DNA of 28,160 nt. It comes from Pseudomonadota bacterium. GTDB taxonomy: Bacteria; Bdellovibrionota_B; Oligoflexia; Silvanigrellales; Silvanigrellaceae. The stretch lies in assembly GCA_039799905.1 (NCBI GenBank), contig JBDLRP010000017.1:1-28160 (forward strand), read 5' to 3'. This document shows, piece by piece, positions 1 through 8,258 of this stretch. Below the pieces are notes generated by a model that searched no databases, was not told the DNA's origin, and saw only the letters and a program-made list of their open reading frames with translations. Positions within the stretch are counted from its first letter, which is position 1; every line of letters starts with the position of its first letter. A program made the position numbers and the translations under genes.

Positions 1-58
1 CGGCAGCGGAAAGCCACGCGGCCGGCCGACTTCTTTTGTCTCTGTTTGGGGATCGCAC

Positions 59-607
59 TTAGTGAGTGGTAGCGGCGATCATCATTGTGATCATGTGAAG
101 TGAGTATTTGTAGCAAGCCTGCCCTTCAAACTTGAAGGAGAAGCCCTCGATGCCGCGGCCTGAAATTGTGTACGTCGGTTTGATGAAATGGTTGTTGCGG
201 AAGTCTTCCGAGGTTACAACGGCTTTGACGTTTTCACCGTTGACGAGGAATGTGTACTCATTTTTCTGCCGATCGAGTCCGGCAAATTGAATGCTCGTTG
301 TTCTTGTGCCGTTCAATCCGCGGTGCTCGACAGTGCCGCCGAATTGTTTTTCTGTTTGGCGAAAGAGCGCCTTCACGTCTTGGCCGTCGCGGCGCATGAT
401 CAATTCACTTGTCCCCTGAGCCTCGTTGACGCTGCCCCAGATGACGAAATTCTTAACTGAACCAGCCATGGCGTGGTCATACACCTTGAGGTCGATGGCA
501 AGGTCACCCTTGATGGATGAAAGGTCATGGCCGTCTTCGGCGTGAGCTTTTCCAGAGTTGAGAGACGCAAGAACCATCATTCCGGAAACGAGCAGAGTCT
601 TCAGCAT
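59..607 (-). CDS. Secreted hypothetical protein, 182 aa
   Basis: Sec signal MLKTLLVSGMMVLASLNSGKAHA|E ending in AHA; AAAGGCGG upstream of ATG; beta-rich mature part; no recognisable family. Confidence 0.8.
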   Translation of the reverse strand: MLKTLLVSGMMVLASLNSGKAHAEDGHDLSSIKGDLAIDLKVYDHAMAGSVKNFVIWGSVNEAQGTSELIMRRDGQDVKALFRQTEKQFGGTVEHRGLNGTRTTSIQFAGLDRQKNEYTFLVNGENVKAVVTSEDFRNNHFIKPTYTISGRGIEGFSFKFEGQACYKYSLHMITMMIAATTH

Positions 608-790
608 TTTGACCGCCTTTGTTAAGGATTGAATTGTCTAATCTTTAAACAGTGCCTCTTTGTTTACAAGAAACGCCAACAGATTTCAATGTTTGCCACA
701 GCGGCGAAAGCTGCCACAGAGCGAAGATTTTAGTTGCGACACGGTGCTTTCGTTCATACCACCCATGCCGGCCTGGGAGGAGATGACGCT

Positions 791-3700
791 TTGCGGACAA
801 ATCTTTTGTATGTTTTGAGTTTCTTTCTACTGCTCCTGCAGTCGACGCCGGCCTATTCCTCCGATGGTTTTGGTCCGCTGTTGAAAAGCCAGATAGAGAA
901 TACGTTTTTTGAGAATGGCCGCGTTTCTTCACACAAGGTTGAATTGTTCCGTTTGAACGTCGAGACAGCGCAGCGCGAGACCTACAAAGGTCTTGTCGAT
1001 TACTACGTCCACGTTGGTCAGAAATCCCTCCAGGACGCAGAGAAGAAGGCTAGCTCGGCATCGCTGATGAAAGCCTTTGCGAGATTGAGCGCAGTCACTG
1101 AAAAGCTGAAAAAATCGGAAGGCCAAGCGTCCTACGACCTCGCTGCTTCTGCATTGCATCTTGGCTATACCGTACGTTCCGAAGGTCGCTGGATGGACTA
1201 CGATGAGATCAAAGGTTATGCAAAAGGTGTGTTCAAGCGTTACCAAGTGAAGCGCCGCAATGCGAATCAGAGCGAAGCATCCAACCTGTGGAATGCAAGT
1301 CAGTCGCGTTTTTACACGCAGGCCGAGCTGATGAAAATCAAGGCCGATGGAGGCGACGTATCCGCACTCAATCCGCTTGGAAATGGTACCTATTGGAACA
1401 ATTTGGATGTGTCAGGCCAACCCATGGCCCGCACGTATCAAAACTCCACGGGTCTCTATCAAGGGATTGATTTTGTGTTTCCGGAAGACGGTGCCACGGT
1501 TGATTTCGATGAGGTCAAGCGAGCACAAAGCCGCCCCAAGTTTGACGTCACTTGGAATGCGAATGGAAAGAAGAAAAAATTCAAACTGAAATTCTTGAGC
1601 GAGACTCACAGCGAAGTCACGGCTGCAACACTGATGTCCGCCTTGGGTTTCAACACTGACCCGTCAAGGCGCGTGAACAACATCCGAGTGCGTTTCAAAG
1701 ACGGAGAAAAGGCAGTTTTTCATCGCGATCTCGAGAGCTATTACGGCTACTGGGAACTCCAGCAGGCGATTGTTGAAGATGGCCGCGATGCACAGGGCGA
1801 CTATATTGTTTTTCGTGAGGCTCTGCTTGAAGGCAGAACTGATGATTTGATTCGCGTGGGCGCGTGGTCGTTCACTCAGAATGGTCATCCGGAGACACGC
1901 GAAGTCCGCGCAATGCCAATTTTTATGGTTTGGATCGCCAACAATGACATGAAGGAGTCCGGCCAAAACAAAATGATTCTGCGCTCGGATTCAGAGGCTG
2001 ATAAGGTTTACTTTGCCTCCGGCGATCTGGGTTGGGCATTCGGCAGCTTCATGTTTCCGGAAACGCCCTCGTGGTTTAAGTGGAACGTTGTCAAAGACGT
2101 CCGTCCTGATTCAGTTTCATTTAATTACTTGACGTGGCACTACAGCGATTTATTTCAGTTTACGACTTGGGATGACGCGCGTTGGATGGTGCGGCTCATT
2201 GCTCGACTCACACGCGGTCAGATTGTCAACGCTGTACGCGCTGGTCAGTGGGATCCATCCATTGAGAAGGTGCTGATTGAAAAGCTCATCGCCCGACGCA
2301 ATCAACTCGTTCGCACGTTTGGCTTGGGCAACGAGTTTCCAGACGTTAGTTTCAACGACACAGTTGCTCCCGCTGACCAACATGAAGATGCCCTGGTTTT
2401 GTTTCCGGACGGTTCGGCGGGCGGCAAAGGGCACGACAAGTTGCTAGACCTCGTACAGACGATGAGCCGTCCGGTTTTTGAGTATCTGCAGCCTTCATTA
2501 ATGAGCATTCAAACTGGAATCATCAATGCGGCGCTCGACAGAGCAGTGAAGCCCGTGACCGAAATCCGTCTGACAGGTGATGACCTTGCCGGGCTTGGAT
2601 TGCCGTTTGCAGCCGGTATGATTTTGAGGATTCACAGATCTATTGTCAGAAACGAACAACCTAAGTCGATGAATGAGCGTTTTCTGGTGCACGATCAGAT
2701 GGTCATCGGCTGGACTCTCGGCACCAATCTGGCTGGAGTGGGGAGTTCGCTCACGTACTACCGTAGTTTCAATTTGGTTTATCCTGTCCGCCAGCAGAGT
2801 GAGGGTGTTTTTAAGGCCGCTTATCTGCCCTCGTTGCTCATGCCCTATTCTCCCGGTCTTTTGAAACTGCCAAACAAGCATTCAATCCTGATTGAGGACT
2901 ACGTTGAAGGGCGCGGATCACTCAGTGTGTCGGGACAGGCTCCTGTCGTGCTGAGTGCGGAAGGCAGCCTGGCAAGGGTTTATCTCAAGCGTGTTTTGGT
3001 CAGCGACAGAGAAGACAAAAAGGTCAACATACTGATCGATAATTCTCATTACACCGAGCTGAGTGCAAAGGTTGCCGCTGCGTTGAAAGTTGGATTCGTC
3101 AGCATGAATTTTCCTTTCTTCGACGGTTCCTTAAGGAAGGGAAGCATCGACCGCGAGCTGTGGAGTCTTCCCGCCGACTCCCCCGAATCACGCCACCGCG
3201 CGCGAGGAGCCCTCAGTCTTGTTGCGAAGTCGATGCGCACGGATACGCTTCCGGCGCTTGCGAGCCGAGTTGAAATTGATGCCGACTTCTTGATGAAAAA
3301 GTGGGGATTCAACCTATTTGGGTTAGTGACGTCGCTCGACAGTAAAACGACCGCGGATGTTGAAGAAACCGATTATGTGCAGAGCAGCGAGACCCAGCGC
3401 AAACTGCAGATTGAAAATGTCAGCGAGAATTTCTGGAAGGCACCCATCTTCGACATTCAGGAGCGCGATACTGTAAAAAGCTTTTTTATGGGTGTTAAAA
3501 GTGAGGACGGCTCCTTCAACGACAGTGTTGTTGGACTCAACATCCGCCAGTGGGACTCGGCAACCACGTCACAGGAACTGAGGGACGATGCTGTAGTGTT
3601 GGCGCAGAAGGCGTCTGCAGATCCGAATTTTATCGTTTTCTCGCCGGCCCTACACACCAACAAGGATCAGTGGGGCGCAGTGATAACTATGGTCGACGTG

Positions 3701-4225
3701 CTGATTTATGAGTCGGGAGTGGAGAGGCTTCTGAGTCTCAGTGACGAACACTGGTGGAAGGAATTCACACGTCTCACCGGCATCGTACCGTCCAATCGGA
3801 GGGAGGGCACGATGCTTGCAAAGGACAGAGCCCTTTTGGATAACTTTAAACAATTTTTGAGTTCACTCGAGAAGGCCAAGCGTGCCCCTAATCAAAGGCG
3901 CCGTGCCGAGGCGATGACTCAAGCGATGGGGCAAACAGCTGTTGCCGTGAGCCTCACCTCCGGCGTCAAGGGCGATCTGGTTGGCGTCGTTTTGAGCCAG
4001 CTGAGCGTGGACAGCTACTTTCTCTCGGTGAAGATTTCATCGCCGATTTACAAACAGAACATTTTTCCGACTGAAAAGCCTCTTGTGAACAGGCGGGGAG
4101 TGTTGAAGTTCAAGGACGCGCGACTTCATGATTTTTCTTTGAATACCATTTCGGTCATTTATAACTTTTTCGACACACTGATCCCTGTCGGAAGCACCGT
4201 TCCGAGCATGGATTATCCATTTTGA
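791..4225 (+). CDS. Large exported protein (~1,144 aa) with an N-terminal atypical kinase-like (HipA/PI3K-like) domain and an unknown C-terminal region
   Basis: 3.4-kb ORF. Probable TTG start at 791, with GGAGG at 776-780 and signal peptide MRTNLLYVLSFFLLLLQSTPAYS; the ORF track starts it at 734. Motifs: AQSRPKF, KFKLKF, ETHSEV, WIANNDMKESGQN, GDLG. The CDS is certain; the kinase call is inference. Confidence 0.7.
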   Translation: MRTNLLYVLSFFLLLLQSTPAYSSDGFGPLLKSQIENTFFENGRVSSHKVELFRLNVETAQRETYKGLVDYYVHVGQKSLQDAEKKASSASLMKAFARLSAVTEKLKKSEGQASYDLAASALHLGYTVRSEGRWMDYDEIKGYAKGVFKRYQVKRRNANQSEASNLWNASQSRFYTQAELMKIKADGGDVSALNPLGNGTYWNNLDVSGQPMARTYQNSTGLYQGIDFVFPEDGATVDFDEVKRAQSRPKFDVTWNANGKKKKFKLKFLSETHSEVTAATLMSALGFNTDPSRRVNNIRVRFKDGEKAVFHRDLESYYGYWELQQAIVEDGRDAQGDYIVFREALLEGRTDDLIRVGAWSFTQNGHPETREVRAMPIFMVWIANNDMKESGQNKMILRSDSEADKVYFASGDLGWAFGSFMFPETPSWFKWNVVKDVRPDSVSFNYLTWHYSDLFQFTTWDDARWMVRLIARLTRGQIVNAVRAGQWDPSIEKVLIEKLIARRNQLVRTFGLGNEFPDVSFNDTVAPADQHEDALVLFPDGSAGGKGHDKLLDLVQTMSRPVFEYLQPSLMSIQTGIINAALDRAVKPVTEIRLTGDDLAGLGLPFAAGMILRIHRSIVRNEQPKSMNERFLVHDQMVIGWTLGTNLAGVGSSLTYYRSFNLVYPVRQQSEGVFKAAYLPSLLMPYSPGLLKLPNKHSILIEDYVEGRGSLSVSGQAPVVLSAEGSLARVYLKRVLVSDREDKKVNILIDNSHYTELSAKVAAALKVGFVSMNFPFFDGSLRKGSIDRELWSLPADSPESRHRARGALSLVAKSMRTDTLPALASRVEIDADFLMKKWGFNLFGLVTSLDSKTTADVEETDYVQSSETQRKLQIENVSENFWKAPIFDIQERDTVKSFFMGVKSEDGSFNDSVVGLNIRQWDSATTSQELRDDAVVLAQKASADPNFIVFSPALHTNKDQWGAVITMVDVLIYESGVERLLSLSDEHWWKEFTRLTGIVPSNRREGTMLAKDRALLDNFKQFLSSLEKAKRAPNQRRRAEAMTQAMGQTAVAVSLTSGVKGDLVGVVLSQLSVDSYFLSVKISSPIYKQNIFPTEKPLVNRRGVLKFKDARLHDFSLNTISVIYNFFDTLIPVGSTVPSMDYPF

Positions 4226-4226
4226 T

Positions 4227-5036
4227 TCACAGCTTGACCTTCAGCAGGTCAAGCTGTGTCAGGGTTGCGAGCAAATTCTGGAATTCTTCCGTCAAATCTG
4301 ATTCATCTGCTTTTTTCAAAGCCAATTCCGATTCCAGAATATCGACGGACGCTGCAACGCTCAGGCCATCAATCAGTGCCTGAGCGAATGGTTCGAATGG
4401 CTCTGCAATGGCGACGACCTGAAATTGCAAGTGATGGTTTTTACCGAGCAGAACAGCTCGTCTTTGAGTGAAAATAATCTCAGGGAGACTGCCGTTGTTG
4501 CTGTATGCGGCATGAGACCACGCTGCCGCGAGATCATGCGCGCCACTGGGCATCAAGAGTTGCGAACCGCTTCTGAGAAAGATGTTCTCGAGTGAATGTT
4601 GGTCAGTCGCCTGCGTGTCGTTGTCGTCGGTGTCGGTCAGAATGCTCCAGCGTCTGGTGCACAGGTCTGCGACGTCGGCAAAGAGCAACGCTTCACGCGA
4701 TTGGTTGGACTGCCTGAGAATTGCCGGCAGTTCGTCGGCGGATGAAGTGAGGTCTGCTGCACGAGGCGGCTGTGATTTAAAGAATCCTGCAAATACGTGA
4801 GCAACAAATTCTTTTCCGAATAGATTTTCGCATGCTTCAAAGATAGTTTCTGATAAATTTGCCGTGATGCGTCCCAAGTAGCTCGCCTGATATGTTTCAA
4901 GGCGGTGCAGGTACCTTCCATCCACTGAATTAGATAATAATGATTCTGCAGCACGCCGGTCGTCCAGAGCTGTGAGCCATTCCATGAAGTGGATTTGATA
5001 TTGCAAAAACGTCTTTGGATTTTCTGTTTCAGTCAT
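4227..5036 (-). CDS. DUF2063-like MNIO partner protein (BufC/HvfC-like), ~269 aa
   Basis: N-terminal pattern RLETYQASYLGRITANLSETIFEACENLFGKEF...FFKSQPP matches the DUF2063 style (RLxxY...L...FP...LG.F...PP). ATG at 5036 overlaps the DUF692 stop (ATGACTGA), indicating translational coupling. Confidence 0.75.
   Translation of the reverse strand: MTETENPKTFLQYQIHFMEWLTALDDRRAAESLLSNSVDGRYLHRLETYQASYLGRITANLSETIFEACENLFGKEFVAHVFAGFFKSQPPRAADLTSSADELPAILRQSNQSREALLFADVADLCTRRWSILTDTDDNDTQATDQHSLENIFLRSGSQLLMPSGAHDLAAAWSHAAYSNNGSLPEIIFTQRRAVLLGKNHHLQFQVVAIAEPFEPFAQALIDGLSVAASVDILESELALKKADESDLTEEFQNLLATLTQLDLLKVKL
4228..4258. terminator. Perfect 13-bp inverted repeat hairpin at a convergent gene junction (possible terminator or RNA-stability hairpin)
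   Basis: CACAGCTTGACCT-tcagc-AGGTCAAGCTGTG, beginning 2 nt after the + strand stop at 4225. No U-tract on either strand. Confidence 0.45.
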
Positions 5037-5838
5037 CGAGAACTCCGCACATTCCGAATTCCAGCTCGCGAAGAAGTTCGTCAAGTGTTGCACTCGGGTC
5101 GTCATTTTCGAGGATGACAGGAATATCCGTCCTCTTTGCTGCAACTGCTCGGCACATTTTCCAGACTTCACGACAGACTTTTCCATCGTGCGTGTCAAAC
5201 AGAAAATCCTCCCGCAGACTGTGTCCCGCAACATGAATCTGTTTGACGAATCCAAGCTCGAAACGCGCGAGCTCTGCCTGCGGATCGAGGGAGAAATTTA
5301 TCGCTGAGACGTAGACGTTGTTGACGTCAAGAAGAATTCCACAGCCTGTGCGGTCTGCTATTCGGTTTAGAAATTCTCCTTCGGGGATGGAGTCTTCTTT
5401 GTATGCGACATATGCCGAGACATTTTCGAGGCTCAATTGCCGGCCCAAGGTTTGCTGGACTTCATCGACGCGCCGCACAACGTGTTCGAGCATATGCTGA
5501 TTGCGGACCACGGGCAGAAGCTCGTAGCTCCTGAGCCCTGCGGCGCCGGTAAAGCAAAGATGATCTGAAACAACCTGCGGATTGAATAGCCTCACGAGTT
5601 CGAGCAAGCCCTCAAGATAGTGCTTACTCAGCGGTTCCATTCCGCCGATATTCAACCCGATGCCATGGAGTACGACGCAGGGTGACTTCGTCGCAAGCCG
5701 GAGCGTATGCTGCAACGCGGGGCCGCCGCGGTGGTGGAGGATATTGTCGGCCATGATCTCGAGGGGTGGAACGGTACTCAGCGACTGATAGTCGGAAAAG
5801 TGAGCGGGCCTGAGACCGAGACCCCACAGGGATTGCAT
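5029..5838 (-). CDS. DUF692 family multinuclear non-heme iron-dependent oxidase (MNIO; BufB/HvfB-like)
   Basis: GLGLRPAH, LHGIGLNIG, SDHLCF, LENVSAY, LLDVNNVYVS, IHVAGH, DTHD and ILEND cover the usual DUF692 iron ligands. RBS AAGGA. Confidence 0.92.
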   Translation of the reverse strand: MQSLWGLGLRPAHFSDYQSLSTVPPLEIMADNILHHRGGPALQHTLRLATKSPCVVLHGIGLNIGGMEPLSKHYLEGLLELVRLFNPQVVSDHLCFTGAAGLRSYELLPVVRNQHMLEHVVRRVDEVQQTLGRQLSLENVSAYVAYKEDSIPEGEFLNRIADRTGCGILLDVNNVYVSAINFSLDPQAELARFELGFVKQIHVAGHSLREDFLFDTHDGKVCREVWKMCRAVAAKRTDIPVILENDDPSATLDELLRELEFGMCGVLDD

Positions 5839-5964
5839 TTGCTGCGTCCTTTCGGATTTCTTACGATTTTACCGGACATTGCCTGACCGGGTTGGCGTAG
5901 CAGATTTAGAATGTTTGTTGAAGGATACATCGTTTGAATTGGGCGATTCTGAACGGAGATATTT

Positions 5965-7008
5965 ATGAATGCCATTTCTCGCGGGTTGATGCTTTTTGTG
6001 TTTCTTACCGCACTGCTTTGGCATTTCATGGGAATTTCGTTGGCCGCGAGCGGGTCGTCCGAGTCAGCTAAATACCGTCGCCCAACGGCTCAGGAGCTCA
6101 AGCTCCGGCTGACCGAAGAGCAGTACCGCTGCACGCAGGAAAATGGCACCGAGAAGCCCTTCCAGAATAAATATTGGAATCACAAGGAAGACGGCATTTA
6201 CGTGGATGTGGTCAGCGGCGAACCGCTGTTTTCTTCGTTGGCGAAATTCGACTCGGGCACCGGATGGCCGAGCTTCACCGAGCCTCTCGCGGATTCGGCT
6301 GTTAAGAAGCGGAACGATACCTCGTATGGCATGGTTCGCACGGAAGTCCGTTCGTCGGTTGCAGATTCGCATTTGGGTCACGTTTTCAATGACGGTCCTT
6401 CTCCGTCTGGATTGCGCTATTGCATCAATTCAGCCTCTCTTCGATTCGTTCCGCTGGCATTCATGCAGAGCGAGGGATACGGGGCTTACCTCTTTCAGTT
6501 TGCCGACAAATTGAAATGGGAGACGGCAACACTCGCCGGTGGTTGCTTTTGGGGCTTGGAAAAACTTTTGGGTGAGATGTCCGGAGTCGTCGAGACCCGT
6601 GTCGGCTATTCGGGCGGTGCAAAAAAGAACGTGACCTATGAGGATGTCAAAACCGGTCTGACCGGACATGCCGAATCGGTGCAGGTGCTGTTTGACCCGA
6701 AGAAAATTAACTACGAGCAGATTCTTCTCGCATTTTTTCGTTTGCATGATCCTACCACACGCAACAGGCAGGGAAACGACATTGGAACGCAGTACCGTTC
6801 TGCCATCTTTGCACATTCGGAAAATCAGCAGTCAACTGCCAAGAAGGTGATCGTTCGTGTCAACGCATCAAAGAAGTGGAAGAATCCGGTGGTCACGGAG
6901 GTTGAAAAATTTTCTAGTTTTACTGCTGCCGAGGACTACCACCAGAAATATTTGAAGAAGAATCCAAAAGGCTACACGTGCCACTTCGATAGAAAATTCA
7001 ATTTTTGA
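5965..7008 (+). CDS. msrAB: Bifunctional peptide-methionine sulfoxide reductase, MsrB-MsrA fusion, with N-terminal signal or anchor
   Basis: MsrB motifs [23 protein letters not shown]; MsrA motifs [38 protein letters not shown]. Hydrophobic N-terminus; GGAG RBS. Confidence 0.95.
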   Translation: MNAISRGLMLFVFLTALLWHFMGISLAASGSSESAKYRRPTAQELKLRLTEEQYRCTQENGTEKPFQNKYWNHKEDGIYVDVVSGEPLFSSLAKFDSGTGWPSFTEPLADSAVKKRNDTSYGMVRTEVRSSVADSHLGHVFNDGPSPSGLRYCINSASLRFVPLAFMQSEGYGAYLFQFADKLKWETATLAGGCFWGLEKLLGEMSGVVETRVGYSGGAKKNVTYEDVKTGLTGHAESVQVLFDPKKINYEQILLAFFRLHDPTTRNRQGNDIGTQYRSAIFAHSENQQSTAKKVIVRVNASKKWKNPVVTEVEKFSSFTAAEDYHQKYLKKNPKGYTCHFDRKFNF

Positions 7009-7047
7009 GTCATCTCAGTTCAGTGGCTTACAAAAGATTCATTTGCT

Positions 7048-8109
7048 TCAGCGGAGTGAGGCGTGCTTGCTGCGTGCAAGCGAGCACAGCACGAGGTCGA
7101 TGTTGTGATCTTTGACGAATCCTGAAGTGGCACCAAGTCCCTGCGGAAATGCCTTGCCGCCGCTCTTTTGCTTGTAGGTATTCCAGAAGTCATCTTCCGC
7201 GCTCTCTTGCCCGCGCTTCAACTCGCCATCGGCACTGATCTCGAGCCGGCCTTCCAGTGTTGCATAGTTGGCAAGCCGCGCGACCGTTGCGAGTGTGCCC
7301 GACAGAGCCCGCAGACTCGCTTTCGCAAACGGCCCTACACTGCTTCTGCTGGGCGGAATGAACGGCGTGATGTCATCACCGTAAAGAGTGTTGAATGCTC
7401 GGCCCGAGAAGCGTTCATCAAATGCCTTCTTGAACTTGACGTCACCGGCCGTGGGTGTCTGGAAGGCAAAAATCTTGGCGACTCTGATTCCCTCCTGCTC
7501 GAGGCGCCACGCCGCATACTGACTCATGGCTCCGCCCAGACTGTGAGCGGCAAAAACGATATTCTTCCCAGATTCGGAAGATTCCCGCAGCAAAGACCTC
7601 ATGCGTCGCCAGCTGAGGCCAAAGTTTGTGAGAAACCCTTTGTGCACCCAACCAGGAAGATTGTGAATCCAGCCGGGTGTTGTGTAGATGAGCGCGTTGA
7701 GAACATAGTCCAAAGGATCCTGCGTGCCGCGATAGGCCACGACAATGTTGTCCTCAAACTCCAAAACGGTTGCGTGGAGACCAAAGGGGCCTGCGTAAAT
7801 ATCGCTGACCTTCTGTGGCCGGACCTGCAGGCTGGTCCACGATTTCTCGCGTTCAGCGTTGTTGAGTTGAACTGCGCGGGCAAACCATGCCGCCGTGATG
7901 AGCTCTTCTTGCGATGTGCCGAGAGTCAGATCATCAAACACAGCGGGATCAGCCTTGACGGTACAGGGCGGCTCGGCTGGACGTTCAGGTTTTTTTTTCA
8001 GTGGTATGGGTGGAAGCGTATCGCGCGGTGCGGCAGACACAGGTGCATGAGTGAGTGTTGCCGTTGCCAAAAGAAGACCCGCGACCAGCAGCTGATGCAG
8101 AGCATACAT
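7048..8109 (-). CDS. Secreted class-3 (fungal-type) lipase, alpha/beta hydrolase
   Basis: VVAYRGT, VHKGF, nucleophile elbow AHSLGG, catalytic Asp region DDITPFIP, C-terminal DH. AAGGAG 7 nt before ATG 8109; signal peptide. Confidence 0.85.
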   Translation of the reverse strand: MYALHQLLVAGLLLATATLTHAPVSAAPRDTLPPIPLKKKPERPAEPPCTVKADPAVFDDLTLGTSQEELITAAWFARAVQLNNAEREKSWTSLQVRPQKVSDIYAGPFGLHATVLEFEDNIVVAYRGTQDPLDYVLNALIYTTPGWIHNLPGWVHKGFLTNFGLSWRRMRSLLRESSESGKNIVFAAHSLGGAMSQYAAWRLEQEGIRVAKIFAFQTPTAGDVKFKKAFDERFSGRAFNTLYGDDITPFIPPSRSSVGPFAKASLRALSGTLATVARLANYATLEGRLEISADGELKRGQESAEDDFWNTYKQKSGGKAFPQGLGATSGFVKDHNIDLVLCSLARSKHASLR

Positions 8110-8258
8110 GCGAAATCTCCTTAAAGACGACCTATGACTAGTGTCTGAAATGAGATTTGCGCTCACAATGGGCAGAAATTGGTCGCATGACTTCAGACGC
8201 TCAGATGCGGGTGCAAATATTGCACATTGATAAGCCGCGTTGAGAGCGGAAAAGTCTG

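Noticed and set aside
1..40. GC-rich stem followed by TTCTTTT at the window edge
   Set aside because: Truncated by the window boundary and the pairing is imperfect.
5037..5255. N-terminal extension of the DUF2063 ORF to 342 aa
   Set aside because: It overlaps the MNIO coding region; the coupled ATG at 5036 is more plausible.
5897..5922. GTAGCA-N16-TGAA, resembling the ECF SigF promoter GTAACC-N16-CGAA, upstream of msrBA
   Set aside because: Three mismatches in 10 positions and no sigma gene in the window; too weak to call.
7168..8124. 318-aa + strand ORF
   Set aside because: It is the antisense shadow of the lipase gene and has no motifs.
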